64,000 bases of DNA, taken from IMG/VR virus record IMGVR_UViG_3300043777_000022, positions 4,544-68,543 of that record. The stretch is one strand, 5' to 3'. Shown one piece after another: positions 36,699 to 46,802 of this stretch. Under the pieces are notes generated by a model. It ran no database searches. It was not told where the DNA came from and saw only the letters and a list, made by a program, of their open reading frames with translations. The translations under genes were made by a program, and so were the position numbers. Position 1 is the first letter of the stretch. Each line of letters begins with the position of its first letter. The stretch comes from a virus.

Positions 36699-37161
36699 GA
36701 TTACTAAACCCTATTCAGAATTTGTTAGTAATAGGGCTAGGAGCAATGGGATAGCAACCTATTGTAGAAAATGCGATTGGCCTGCTAATAGAGAAATACG
36801 TAAGAGATATAGGGAGACTGTTCCCAACATGATTAAGAAATCCGCAGGCAACACTTATCGAAAGAGGAGAATAAGGCTGAAATACACTGTTATGAGTTAT
36901 TATTCCAAATGCGATCCTGAATGTGCTTGCCCTGGTTGTAAAGATAAGCACATGGAATTTCTAACCATGGACCATATTGACGGAGGCGGCACTAAAGCTA
37001 GGAGAGAGGGTATTATAAAACGGGGCAGTACCGAGTTTTATAAGTGGTTAATAGACAATGATTACCCTGGTGGTTTTCAAGTCCTTTGTTTTAACTGTAA
37101 TTTTGGAAAACACGTTTGTGGGATTTGCCCCCACGTTGGAGTTAGTAATGACCAAGACTGA
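36676..37161 (+). CDS. HNH-type endonuclease
   Basis: CPRC...CRKC; LTMDHIDGGG...QVLCFNCN. Confidence 0.8.
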   Translation: MKKCPRCKITKPYSEFVSNRARSNGIATYCRKCDWPANREIRKRYRETVPNMIKKSAGNTYRKRRIRLKYTVMSYYSKCDPECACPGCKDKHMEFLTMDHIDGGGTKARREGIIKRGSTEFYKWLIDNDYPGGFQVLCFNCNFGKHVCGICPHVGVSNDQD

Positions 37162-38275
37162 GTTGATCGTTCGTGACATGTGCCAGCCCGGTAAGGCTAG
37201 CTTCATCGTAGGCGGACAAGCGGGTTCTGAATCGAAAGGCTCTGCCGCTGCATGGCTCGCCCTCAAATCTATGGAGTTGGCCCAACCTTTTACTTATGTT
37301 ACCACCAATGCGGGGGCGCAGGCTGGTCATACTTCCATTCATAAGGGGAAGCGCAGAGTTTCATTTCATATGCCTACTGCGCCTTGGATCATGCAGGATG
37401 AAGGGTATAACCCTATTGTTTATCTAAATGGGGGTTCCGTTATAGACCCTGAAGGTTTCGAAAAGGAAATCGAGGGGTATAAGGGTGACTTGTTCGTGCA
37501 CCCCAATGCTGCTATTATAACGGACGAATGCCGGGAGGCTGAAAACCGGCCGAATTCGGCACAGACCAAAATCGCCAGCACTCGTAAGGGCGTGGGAGAG
37601 GCGATTGCGCGCAAGGTAACGCGTTCCGCACAGGTCGCCAAAGATCATCCCTTTATTAGACAATTCGTACGACGGATCGATTTGAATTGGGAGCTACGCA
37701 ACGATGCGAGAGTTTTGGTTGAAGTGCCGCAAGGAGTTTCCCTTAGTCTTAACCATTCTATTTTTTATCCCCATTGTACTTCTCGCGACTGTTCTACCAC
37801 CGACGCTGCTAGTGCTGCTGGCATTCATCCTTCGTTTTGCGGGTCTAGTCTTGTTGTTTTGCGAAGTTATCCTATTCGCGTTGGGCATCTTATTGAGAAT
37901 GGTGAAACGTTGGGCGAGTCCGGCGCGTGTTTTCGTGACCAACATGAAATCTCGTGGGAGGATATAGGAGTAACGGCTGAACGAACCACTGTTACTAATC
38001 GTATTCGTAGGGTTTTTACGTTCTCGATCCAACAATTACGCGAGACGTTCGCCCTGTGTCGCCCCGACGTGGTCATGCTGACCTTCTGCAACTACATTAA
38101 GGACCCCGACTACTTCACTATGATCGACCGGGCGATCTTTGCGGTGAGTAAGGAGTTGTTTCTCCCTCCGCCACACCTCATATACGAATATGGCCCCACA
38201 ACCGACGACATTGGAGAAGATTACCATGTCCCAACACCCGCTTCAACACAACGAGCCTTATCCAAGTCAGCTTGA
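37148..38275 (+). CDS. purZ: PurZ-like N6-succino-2-amino-dAMP synthetase
   Basis: PurA fold with GQAGSESKG (Ser at PurA catalytic Asp), AGHT, IASTRKGVG, EVPQG, YPHCTSRD, PIRVG, ERTTVT.RIRR, LTFCNY. Confidence 0.85.
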   Translation: MTKTELIVRDMCQPGKASFIVGGQAGSESKGSAAAWLALKSMELAQPFTYVTTNAGAQAGHTSIHKGKRRVSFHMPTAPWIMQDEGYNPIVYLNGGSVIDPEGFEKEIEGYKGDLFVHPNAAIITDECREAENRPNSAQTKIASTRKGVGEAIARKVTRSAQVAKDHPFIRQFVRRIDLNWELRNDARVLVEVPQGVSLSLNHSIFYPHCTSRDCSTTDAASAAGIHPSFCGSSLVVLRSYPIRVGHLIENGETLGESGACFRDQHEISWEDIGVTAERTTVTNRIRRVFTFSIQQLRETFALCRPDVVMLTFCNYIKDPDYFTMIDRAIFAVSKELFLPPPHLIYEYGPTTDDIGEDYHVPTPASTQRALSKSA

Positions 38276-38483
38276 TCTGGTAATTGCTGACGTCCTGCGA
38301 GAATTGGACTTGGCCTCGTGTAAGTTTGGCCCTTTCCCCACTTCTATGCACGGTTATGCCGTGATCTTGGAAGAGTTGGACGAAATGTGGGCCGAAATTA
38401 AGCAGAACAACACTAATCGGGCCAGGGAGGAGTGTGTTCAGGTCGCGGCGATGGCGATACGCTTCCTAATGGACATTGAATGA
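38226..38483 (+). CDS. mazZ: MazG-like (d)NTP pyrophosphohydrolase
   Basis: ILEELDE...EECVQVAAMAIR; adjacent to purZ. Confidence 0.75.
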   Translation: MSQHPLQHNEPYPSQLDLVIADVLRELDLASCKFGPFPTSMHGYAVILEELDEMWAEIKQNNTNRAREECVQVAAMAIRFLMDIE

Positions 38484-38740
38484 GTACCCCCGATTTAATC
38501 AATGGGTCATGGATAGCTGCCAGCGCCGCTTTAGTCCTCTTGAATGTTAGAAAGATTTGGAGGGACAAGCAGGTACGAGGGGTTAGCGTATGGCCTGTTG
38601 TGTTCTTTACTTCTTGGGGTGTTTGGGACTTTTATTACTTTCCACACTTGGGGCAGTGGTTTTCCTTGTGCGGAAGTGTATTAGCCGTCGTAATTAATTC
38701 AACATGGCTGACATTGGCCTATCGGTATAGAAAGAATTAA
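38480..38740 (+). CDS. 3-TM PQ-loop/SemiSWEET-like membrane protein
   Basis: Three hydrophobic helices; KIWRDKQVRGVS loop; W..W..YY. Confidence 0.65.
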   Translation: MSTPDLINGSWIAASAALVLLNVRKIWRDKQVRGVSVWPVVFFTSWGVWDFYYFPHLGQWFSLCGSVLAVVINSTWLTLAYRYRKN

Positions 38741-38742
38741 AC

Positions 38743-39348
38743 ATGAACCCTTTTCCTCCCGAGTTGCGTACTCTCGCTATCGTCCCGCGTTGGTGCATTG
38801 TCAACACTACGATGAAGGACAACGTGGCGACGCACAGCTATTATGTGACTGTGTATTCGTACATGATAGCCAAAATCATAAAGTGGGAGGGGCCGAAAGA
38901 CTATTTAATGTTAATGGCCGCTCTCCATGATAATAATGAGTCCATAACGGGAGACATAACCGGACCCGTAAAGTCGTCGATCATGGATGAAGAAAAGATT
39001 GACATTTCAATCCTAGAGTTGACTGAACAACGCATGGAAGGACTAATCGAAGAGTTGTTCGACTTGGAGGACTCTTTACACTACCAAACCGTGCGCGATG
39101 CGCAGAACATAGTCAAGGTTGCCGACAAGCTGGACGCCCTGTTATTCTTGATTATGAACCAGCGCATGGGCAATACTTTCGTTGAACCCGCCCTGGAGGG
39201 GGGGATGCGGTCGCTGGAAGCCGCGTGGAGTAAGTTGCCCGGCAATGAAAACTTGATCCGAATGTTGTGGCAGACTACAATGCTGCCCGCGATCCAGGCC
39301 CATAGGGAACGGGGGGCCAGAGGGTGTGCACCAGGAGTAAGAATATGA
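38743..39348 (+). CDS. datZ: HD-domain nucleotidase, DatZ-like dATPase
   Basis: PRW, NVATHSY, ALHD..E..TGDI..PVK, VKVADKLD; in purZ operon. Confidence 0.8.
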   Translation: MNPFPPELRTLAIVPRWCIVNTTMKDNVATHSYYVTVYSYMIAKIIKWEGPKDYLMLMAALHDNNESITGDITGPVKSSIMDEEKIDISILELTEQRMEGLIEELFDLEDSLHYQTVRDAQNIVKVADKLDALLFLIMNQRMGNTFVEPALEGGMRSLEAAWSKLPGNENLIRMLWQTTMLPAIQAHRERGARGCAPGVRI

Positions 39349-39650
39349 AAAAGGTAAATTACCCTCTAGTCTGTGTTGAATGGGAAGACCACAAGACGAC
39401 CGAGGGGTGGACCCGCGACATGGACCTGACACCCCCGGCTGTCCTAAGCATCGGGTGGCTGCTCATGGAGGACGAAAAGGCTATCTTGATCGCGGCATGT
39501 CTGCCGACGATGCAAGAGGACAAGGAAATAGGCAATACTCAATTGATAATCAAGTCGTGTATCTTGAAGCGGACCATTATCCGCAAGGGGCAAGTCACAA
39601 AGACCCCCATCGAACCTAAGACTAAAGATGCCGCGCCAGTGGCCTCTTAA
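39345..39650 (+). CDS. Hypothetical protein (VEWED...SIGWL)
   Basis: SD AGGAG; ATGA-coupled. Confidence 0.7.
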   Translation: MKKVNYPLVCVEWEDHKTTEGWTRDMDLTPPAVLSIGWLLMEDEKAILIAACLPTMQEDKEIGNTQLIIKSCILKRTIIRKGQVTKTPIEPKTKDAAPVAS

Positions 39651-41016
39651 GGGCACCCCCTATCCAGTTCAGGTCGAGGCGCTAAAACGATCCAAGGGTA
39701 AGGAGCGTTTCGCATGGTTTATGCAGATGGGCCAGGGCAAGTCCGCCGTGGTTCTAGCCGACTGGGCCGACAATCTCAAACACTTACACACGATAGTAGT
39801 CATTGCCCCAAATAGCTTCCGGTTAGATTGGACCTTACTCCCGGCCGAGTGGGGTCTCAAGATGACTACGTCGTTGTGGCCAAAGGACGAATTTAAAGCT
39901 GGTACGAAGGATAAGCCGCACCTGTGCAGCATTAATTTCGAGGCCGTGCGCTCCAGGGGCTACGACGTGGTACGCGACCTGCTCGATAAGCACGACTGTC
40001 TCCTCGTCATCGACGAAGGTTCTTATATCAAGAATTTCAAGAGTCAGACGGCGCGGGCCGTAATGGACTTGGCCAAGCGAGCTAAGGCTGTGCGCCTTCT
40101 CAACGGGACGCCCCTGGTCCAAAGCGTACTCGATCTATTTCCGCAATTGAAGTGTGTCGGCGAATTGGACAAAGTGAACCCCTATGCTTTCCGTAATCGA
40201 TATGCCGTCATGGGCGGCTTCATGGGCCGACAAGTCGTGGGTGTCCGTAACGAGGAGGACCTGCACGCGATCCAGGAGCGCTGTAGTTTCAGGTCGATCA
40301 AGAAGGATTGGTGGGACGGGTGCCCCGAACAGTTGGACGTTCCTCTTAATCTCGAAATGACCCCAAAACAGCAGAAGCATTACAAGGAAATGTTGCGCGA
40401 CTTCTGCACCGAAGTGGAGGGGGAAGAATTCACGGCTAACATGGTCATAAGTAGGTGCGACAAACTTAGGCAAATTACTTCCGGCTTGATCTTGGACGGT
40501 GATAAGTGTGTGTTTATCGAACCTATCGACAAGAACCCTAAGGCCTTAGCGGCACTGGACCTTATGGAGGCCAGCCCGACTAAGCTGATTGTGGTTCACT
40601 TCTATAGTAAAATGGGGTTCGCGCTAGAGGAGTTCTTTGCTAATAAAAAATTGAACCCGGCCCACCTTCGTGGTAATATGAAGCCTGATGATGTTTTGGC
40701 TCAAAAGCAAAAGTTTAACGACGATCCATCTTGTCGCGTACTTACAGCGCAGATTACCTCAGCTAGTATGGCACACACTTTAACAGGGGCTGAAGGCGAC
40801 AACCGTTGCCACAGGATGATATTTCATGACTTGGATTTTAGTCTGAAGAATTGGTTGCAGATGCGCGACCGCATCCACCGTGGTGAACAGGATCGTGGGT
40901 GCCTATATTATGTCCCTATCATGTCGCCAATCGATAAGGCCCAGTTGAAGGCACTAGAAAAGAAGGAAAATTTAGCTGACGCAGTAGTAAATGTAGTTCG
41001 TGCTTTGAAACATTAG
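39628..41016 (+). CDS. SNF2-family helicase
   Basis: MGQGKS, VIDEG, LNGTP, QMRDRIHR. Confidence 0.9.
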   Translation: MPRQWPLKGTPYPVQVEALKRSKGKERFAWFMQMGQGKSAVVLADWADNLKHLHTIVVIAPNSFRLDWTLLPAEWGLKMTTSLWPKDEFKAGTKDKPHLCSINFEAVRSRGYDVVRDLLDKHDCLLVIDEGSYIKNFKSQTARAVMDLAKRAKAVRLLNGTPLVQSVLDLFPQLKCVGELDKVNPYAFRNRYAVMGGFMGRQVVGVRNEEDLHAIQERCSFRSIKKDWWDGCPEQLDVPLNLEMTPKQQKHYKEMLRDFCTEVEGEEFTANMVISRCDKLRQITSGLILDGDKCVFIEPIDKNPKALAALDLMEASPTKLIVVHFYSKMGFALEEFFANKKLNPAHLRGNMKPDDVLAQKQKFNDDPSCRVLTAQITSASMAHTLTGAEGDNRCHRMIFHDLDFSLKNWLQMRDRIHRGEQDRGCLYYVPIMSPIDKAQLKALEKKENLADAVVNVVRALKH

Positions 41017-41026
41017 GAGAGCCTGG

Positions 41027-41770
41027 ATGGCACCCCGTATTGCACTATTTGACATTGAGACTGCCCCTTCACTCGGTTACTTTTGGGGAAAGTTATGGGA
41101 GACCGACATTATAGCAGTCCACGCCCCGTGGTATATGCTGTGTTTCTCCTACAAGTGGTTAGGCGAACGAACGATCCACACCCATTCTCTGCGCGAGTAT
41201 GTCGGGTATAAGCGGGACAAGGAAAACGATAACCGCTTGATCAAAGACCTTTACAAGCTTTTTGATGAAGCGGATATCCTTATAGCTCACAACGGTGACC
41301 GTTTCGACATTCGAAAGACCAACGCCCGGTTTATAAAGCACGGTCTGAAACCCCCGTCGCCTTACAAGACTATAGACACTTGCAAGGCGGCACGCAAACA
41401 TTTCTTATTCGACAGCAACAAGTTGGACACACTGGGGCAATTCTTGGGTGTCGGCAAGAAACTGCCAAATACTGGGTTCGACCTGTGGCGGCGCACGATG
41501 GCGGGCGACGACGAGGCGTGGGACGCCATGGAGCGCTATAATAGGCGCGACGTCGTTCTCCTGGAGAAGGTCTACGACAAGTTGAAGCCCTATATGACGA
41601 GCCACCCGAATTTGGACGCCTTCACGGAGAAGTCGGGCTGCCCGGTGTGCCAGTCACTTAACACGGAGCGGCGCGGTTTCCAAGTTACCCTGAACCGCAA
41701 GTATCAACGCTTTCAGTGTATGGATTGTGGGCACTGGCATCGGGGCGAAATCATACCGAGGAAGAAATGA
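41027..41770 (+). CDS. DnaQ/RNase H-like exonuclease with C-terminal Zn ribbon
   Basis: FDIET, AHNGDRFD, YNRRDV, CPVC...CMDC. Confidence 0.85.
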   Translation: MAPRIALFDIETAPSLGYFWGKLWETDIIAVHAPWYMLCFSYKWLGERTIHTHSLREYVGYKRDKENDNRLIKDLYKLFDEADILIAHNGDRFDIRKTNARFIKHGLKPPSPYKTIDTCKAARKHFLFDSNKLDTLGQFLGVGKKLPNTGFDLWRRTMAGDDEAWDAMERYNRRDVVLLEKVYDKLKPYMTSHPNLDAFTEKSGCPVCQSLNTERRGFQVTLNRKYQRFQCMDCGHWHRGEIIPRKK

Positions 41771-41862
41771 ATGAAATTTCCTATTTAGCGCTGCACGTGC
41801 ACCTACAACAACAGGACCCGCAGCAGATCGGGCGCGTAATGGCGTACTTGGCTATACGGATT

Positions 41863-42117
41863 CTAAGGCGTTCGAAAGTGAAGAAGGCTTCCAACGAAAG
41901 TCAATAGGGTAACTATTCCCGTTCCGACTCCAACGATCCAAGACTGCCTGCTTCGCAGTCTTCCAATGTCTTTGTGCAGGTCGTCGCGGTCGGCATGACA
42001 ACGCAAGTTGTCGTCTTTAATGTCTTCAACACCTTGAAGAATGCCATCGATTTTGCCGTTTATCTCCCCGACCTGTTGGAGCAATAATTCGACTGGGCTG
42101 AGACCATTGGGCATCAT
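41863..42117 (-). CDS. Coiled-coil plus C-terminal TM protein (lysis-associated)
   Basis: Heptads followed by a hydrophobic helix. Confidence 0.55.
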   Translation of the reverse strand: MMPNGLSPVELLLQQVGEINGKIDGILQGVEDIKDDNLRCHADRDDLHKDIGRLRSRQSWIVGVGTGIVTLLTFVGSLLHFRTP

Positions 42118-42289
42118 TTGGCTTCCGGCATGGATTTAAGGAGACAGGCGCGCAGCTTGGACAAAAAAGGCTCTTTGATTCCGTAGGTGTCCCGTGCCGT
42201 GTTAACGGCCCTATCAATTGACACGTACCACGCAATGTGTGGAATCTTTAAGCAGAACGGGTCCAGGGCCAACAGTATTAAAATCGCTT

Positions 42290-42526
42290 TCATGGTTTTA
42301 TCTTATATTGCGGACAGCCTAATTGCTGTCCCACCGAATTGCGCTGATGAAGGTCCACGGCCAAGTCCGGTCCCGCGTGGCGGCGGCTGTCCTTGTTGAA
42401 AGTGTTGTACCGGAGGGGGCCGATAAGAGCCGTGCATACGGGTTTTACTTGGGTCGGCGACAGACCGTTGGTCGTCGCGCACCCGGCGAGCATGAGGCTA
42501 GTTATTAGGGCTATTCCACGGGTCAT
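42290..42526 (-). CDS. Lipoprotein, o-spanin candidate
   Basis: Lipobox LAGC; overlaps upstream gene. Confidence 0.65.
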   Translation of the reverse strand: MTRGIALITSLMLAGCATTNGLSPTQVKPVCTALIGPLRYNTFNKDSRRHAGPDLAVDLHQRNSVGQQLGCPQYKIKP

Positions 42527-42815
42527 GGGCTGCCTGCATCTTAGGGGATTTAGCCTTTTTAACCACGCTAGTGATCTTTTTGTCTAGGACCTGCTCCTGC
42601 GCAGCGACATGCTTGGATTCGTCATGAATACCGAGGTCCTCGGCCAATAGAAACGCACCGACGATCATAGCGGCGTAGAACAAGTCTTTCTTGGCTATCG
42701 GGCTGAAATACGAGGCCAACAGCAGACAAATAATAGCGCCGATACCGAGACCTTGGTGCCAGATCAGGTCCCAAGTCCCGGCGAAGAAAGATTGAACGGT
42801 GAAGAAGTTAATCAT
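42498..42815 (-). CDS. Membrane protein, i-spanin candidate
   Basis: TM helices; between endolysin and lipoprotein. Confidence 0.55.
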   Translation of the reverse strand: MINFFTVQSFFAGTWDLIWHQGLGIGAIICLLLASYFSPIAKKDLFYAAMIVGAFLLAEDLGIHDESKHVAAQEQVLDKKITSVVKKAKSPKMQAAHDPWNSPNN

Positions 42816-43314
42816 TTTCCATACACAATTTGTATTCGGACTGGCGGCGAATGGTTAGTCCTTTGATACGACGCCCGCCAGCATGATCATAAGCAAGCAT
42901 GTCGTGACAAGCAGCACTGACATTCCCGCGATTAAGGTCGCGTCCCACGCCACCGCTGCAGACAGAACCAGGGCCGAGATTATAGACAAAAGAAACAAGA
43001 GCCGCATGGCGATGCGGGGGAAGAGCATTGTAGGCCTCTTTGGTTAGACACTTCTGGATCATGGCGTCATACTTGGGCAGGTCGTCGCCAAGCATTTTAT
43101 CGCATTCGGCCTTAGTGTAAGAACGCGACAGGTCCACGTGATCGGCGGCGGTCGCCCCGTAACACACGGTTTTGACACCAACTACGTCTCGATAAGGGTG
43201 AAGGAATAATCCCTCATAATTACCAACCAAGGGAATCGCGATGGCGAGAACCGCCGCCCATCCAGCTTTCTTAGTCTTGGTGTTGATAAGAGGGTGATCA
43301 AGAATGCTCATCAA
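42808..43314 (-). CDS. GH24 lysozyme (SAR-type endolysin)
   Basis: Hydrophobic N-segment; YEG...YRD.VGV.TVCYGAT; GL..RR..E. Confidence 0.9.
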   Translation of the reverse strand: MMSILDHPLINTKTKKAGWAAVLAIAIPLVGNYEGLFLHPYRDVVGVKTVCYGATAADHVDLSRSYTKAECDKMLGDDLPKYDAMIQKCLTKEAYNALPPHRHAALVSFVYNLGPGSVCSGGVGRDLNRGNVSAACHDMLAYDHAGGRRIKGLTIRRQSEYKLCMEND

Positions 43315-43535
43315 CTAATCCCCGGTTGGTTAGTGAGTCGGGCAAGGCCAATAGTTATGGAGCCAAAGATGCACACGAACAGAAAGTGGTACGGTGTCAT
43401 ATAGTCTTGGAATGCTGGTAGCGCCATGTAGGCTCCGACCACCACGGACCAGAACAGGCATAGTCGCACGCTCCACAGTTTGTGGGCAACTTTCCAATCG
43501 GGGTCGAGGTGCTTGACCAACCAGTAAGTAATCAT
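43311..43535 (-). CDS. Holin candidate
   Basis: DWK...LWSVRL; two TMs; directly upstream of endolysin. Confidence 0.65.
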   Translation of the reverse strand: MITYWLVKHLDPDWKVAHKLWSVRLCLFWSVVVGAYMALPAFQDYMTPYHFLFVCIFGSITIGLARLTNQPGIS

Positions 43536-44965
43536 CCGTTCCACTGCGCCCACAAAAGCATTAAGGCTTGAGTACCGAAAAAGGTATTAATAGAAGTAGT
43601 GCTATTAATGGTTTCTAGCGACGTAATTGTATTAATGCCAAGACTAATCGCCGGATTAAAACTGGCTATAATTGTAGAACCAACGGCATCCGTGTTGGTC
43701 GAGACGGCACCAAAAATGTTTTCCAATTTAGCAGTCGTGCCGGAAAATGCCGTAGTTGAGTTGTATCCAATACCGATAGTCATGTTAACTCGCGTGTTGA
43801 TTAGGTTGTCGGGTTCTACAAATTGTGCGAAGGACAGATTAAGTGTTTCTTCCGCTAACCCTGTGAATGTGGTTAAACTGTTGGCCGTAGCACCATTTGA
43901 CGGCCTAATTGTTCCCGTCTGATAAGCCCAGGATGCAGTGGAATCCCCCGCCTGCAATGTTATCGGAACGCGCCAATAGGCATTCCACAGAGCAAATTTG
44001 CGACTTTGACCCCACGACGTGTTACACGTAATTTGCCCCGCCGTGCCGTCGATGAATACTGACCCGACGTACGTGGCCTGATTGGCAGGAATAGTATAGG
44101 ACGTCGCCCCGTTCAAGGCCGTCATGGACACTGTGTTGACTTGGATACCGTTGATATACGACAATTGAGAAGTACCAGCCCCCGTGCCGCGAGAACAGGA
44201 GCCTGCGGTTGAACTAGACCAAGCGGGACCGCACACCAATGTAATGGCTCCGGCATTGTTAAACACGAACACGTCATAGATCGTCGAAGCGTTCTGATTA
44301 GAAGACAAGTTCATCGTGAGTTCGGAAAACTGTTGGACCGTAAAAGCGGTCCCGTTATAAATAGGAATTTGGTTGGTCCGATATGGGGTATAAACAAACG
44401 ACGTGGCACTCGTCACGTCCGAACTGATAACGGGTGTGCCTGAAGTCGGAGTGAGACGACCCCCCGGCACCGGAATAAGCACGGTTCCCGCCGCAGACGA
44501 GGGGTTAACAGCGGTCCAAACGGCTGTAGTGGACGTTCCGGTCGTGGTGCACACATACAAAATCTGGTGAACGTAGTCCCAAGCGACCGACGAACCGGGC
44601 AGAGTGCCGGGGGTGCCCGCGATGCCTGCCGTCTGGCCGTTCGGATTACCCGACACTACCTGGAACTGCGCGTAAGTGCTGAAGTCTGACGACCACACGG
44701 GGTCGAACGTCCACAGTTGAACGTTGTTGGAGTCGGTCAAGACGACTTTGTAGGCTGATGCCGCTAAGAATATGGAGTTGGCATACCCATTGGAGTCCAA
44801 CACGACCGGATTGGCATTAGGAACGGACAGGGCCGAGTCCGAATAGGTATTCTGCGGAGTGGACGTGCCCGATGCATAAAAGTATAAGAAGCCCCCGGTC
44901 AGCGGAGCGCCCGTCACCGGGTTGGCGAAGAACTGTTGATTGGGACTGAAAAATCTATTGGTCAT
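43532..44965 (-). CDS. Tail/spike protein with head-binding-like N-domain
   Basis: G.PL.GG.LYFY.SGTSTP..TYSD...NPVVLDSNG; beta-rich body. Confidence 0.7.
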   Translation of the reverse strand: MTNRFFSPNQQFFANPVTGAPLTGGFLYFYASGTSTPQNTYSDSALSVPNANPVVLDSNGYANSIFLAASAYKVVLTDSNNVQLWTFDPVWSSDFSTYAQFQVVSGNPNGQTAGIAGTPGTLPGSSVAWDYVHQILYVCTTTGTSTTAVWTAVNPSSAAGTVLIPVPGGRLTPTSGTPVISSDVTSATSFVYTPYRTNQIPIYNGTAFTVQQFSELTMNLSSNQNASTIYDVFVFNNAGAITLVCGPAWSSSTAGSCSRGTGAGTSQLSYINGIQVNTVSMTALNGATSYTIPANQATYVGSVFIDGTAGQITCNTSWGQSRKFALWNAYWRVPITLQAGDSTASWAYQTGTIRPSNGATANSLTTFTGLAEETLNLSFAQFVEPDNLINTRVNMTIGIGYNSTTAFSGTTAKLENIFGAVSTNTDAVGSTIIASFNPAISLGINTITSLETINSTTSINTFFGTQALMLLWAQWNG

Positions 44966-46802
44966 ATTTCGCGGCCTGTACCGTGTTGTTTAAATTAGCC
45001 AATTGAGACCTTTTATATAGACCCAACCACTTGGCTGCCCGGGCCGCATTTGCAGCTGACGCCAACCACCACGCAACGGGCGCAGTCGCTGCCAGCGTTC
45101 CGACGCCCGCTAGTGCTGCCGTGGGGTCGCCATGCAGTGCCCCTCTGGCTGATTCCAAGGCTTCCAAAGCAGCTACGACACCAAAACCCCCGTGCATTAT
45201 TCCAGCGGGGTGTGCCAGTCCTTGCAATCTACCACCCACGTTGGTTGAAATCAAGTTTATGTCATCGAGTGCTTTGCGCAGGTCCGAATATCCAGGCGAT
45301 CCAAACAGCGAGTTCTTACCGGCTTCTGATAATTTGCCATAGTCCTTGGCGAAATTAGCGGGCGTAAAGATTTCGTTACCCTCGTCCGTTACTCGACGAC
45401 CCAGTTTGTTTACGGCGGCGGAAGCCACGTCGCGCCATCCTTCTTCACCTACTGCCTTGCGTGCCACGGCGAGGGTCTTCGCATCGGCTGAATTAGTAGA
45501 ACCCGCCATGCGCATGATCGTGCCAAATAGTCCTTCGTCGCTACGTGATTCGGGGCCAAGCACGCGCTGCAGCGACGCGCGACGCTCATTCACCAGCCGG
45601 TTATAGGTGTTAGCACGAGTGAACTTAGAGAGCGCCGCGTCGCCGCCTGCCTTAGTCACCAAGTCCTTCAGGTCCTCGGATAGTGAACCATACAACCCTT
45701 TAAGTTCGTTGGGGGACACGCCTTCAGGTAGCAGTGTCGGGTTCTCGATCATTTCGCCGACGCGAGTTCGGACCAATTTCAAAGAGTCGTAGTCCAAACC
45801 GCCCGGCTTGGTGATTGGCCCTAACACTTGATCCGTGATGGTCTTGGGCCAGCCAAGGTCGGCTTTACCATACTTCTGTTGTAGCTTTGAAGCAAATTGA
45901 AGTGCGTTCGCGGGTTCGTGCGTAACGTCCGGATCAGTGAAGGCGGCTTTCACGTCATCATAAGCTTTGTTGACCCGGTCAGCGAGAACGCCTGTCTTCG
46001 GTGCTGCGTAGTCGGTAATTGCGGCGCGTGTGGTTTCGCCCGCTTGTTCGGGGCCTACGATTTGACCAGTCGGTAATTGCGTAGCGCGAGTGGCTGCTTG
46101 GTCGATTTGGTCGATAGCTGAACTTGCCGCATTGGCGATAGGGCGGCCTACCAACGGAACTTTAGACACAGTGGCAGCAACTTCAGGGGCGTTGATAGCC
46201 TTAGGTAGTTCGACCCCCTGCCGCGCAGCGGCTCCCAGTAGGTCGGGAGCCTTCAATACGCCAGTTGGCGCACCTGTCGCAAACGCTTGCGTAAACCATC
46301 GGCCAAGCCCCGTAATTCGGCCCATTACGCCCGTGTCCACGTCGGTATTGTCCGTCCTGTTATAGACTTTCATCTTCCCGTCGTCTGGGTCCATCAGCAT
46401 GACTTGGCTTTTGGTGTCTACATTTCGCGTTGCCCCCTTGTCGTCCTTATACACGGGTTCGCCGCTGTCGTCTTCTCCCGACACGTCTCCGATGTAATTC
46501 TTGCGATGGGCCTCAATGACTGGTGTGGTAAATTGAGAACCCGCTAGCATTTGGTTAGAAAAGTCCGCACCTAAATGGCGAAACGCGTCGGAGAAAGTAT
46601 CGGGGACGGCGACCACTCCAGTGTGGGTCGTTTTATCTGGTTCAGTGTCAGAACCGCCCTGTGGAGTCATATCCTGCAGAGAGATAGGTTTAGACGGAGT
46701 TATAGTGATAACAGGCCGCCCCGTTTTGGGGTCCAACGGCGCTCCAGAAAAGCCGGGGTCCGGGGCCATGTCCTCCAGAGAAATAGGGGCTGTGCCAGCC
46801 AT
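44955..46802 (-). CDS. Internal virion/ejection protein
   Basis: Large helical protein after DNA-transfer genes. Confidence 0.6.
   Translation of the reverse strand: MAGTAPISLEDMAPDPGFSGAPLDPKTGRPVITITPSKPISLQDMTPQGGSDTEPDKTTHTGVVAVPDTFSDAFRHLGADFSNQMLAGSQFTTPVIEAHRKNYIGDVSGEDDSGEPVYKDDKGATRNVDTKSQVMLMDPDDGKMKVYNRTDNTDVDTGVMGRITGLGRWFTQAFATGAPTGVLKAPDLLGAAARQGVELPKAINAPEVAATVSKVPLVGRPIANAASSAIDQIDQAATRATQLPTGQIVGPEQAGETTRAAITDYAAPKTGVLADRVNKAYDDVKAAFTDPDVTHEPANALQFASKLQQKYGKADLGWPKTITDQVLGPITKPGGLDYDSLKLVRTRVGEMIENPTLLPEGVSPNELKGLYGSLSEDLKDLVTKAGGDAALSKFTRANTYNRLVNERRASLQRVLGPESRSDEGLFGTIMRMAGSTNSADAKTLAVARKAVGEEGWRDVASAAVNKLGRRVTDEGNEIFTPANFAKDYGKLSEAGKNSLFGSPGYSDLRKALDDINLISTNVGGRLQGLAHPAGIMHGGFGVVAALEALESARGALHGDPTAALAGVGTLAATAPVAWWLASAANAARAAKWLGLYKRSQLANLNNTVQAAKYDQ

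Noticed and set aside
37148-38275. Ordinary purA auxiliary gene
   Set aside because: Catalytic Asp replaced by Ser, TKLD absent, and mazZ/datZ-like neighbours
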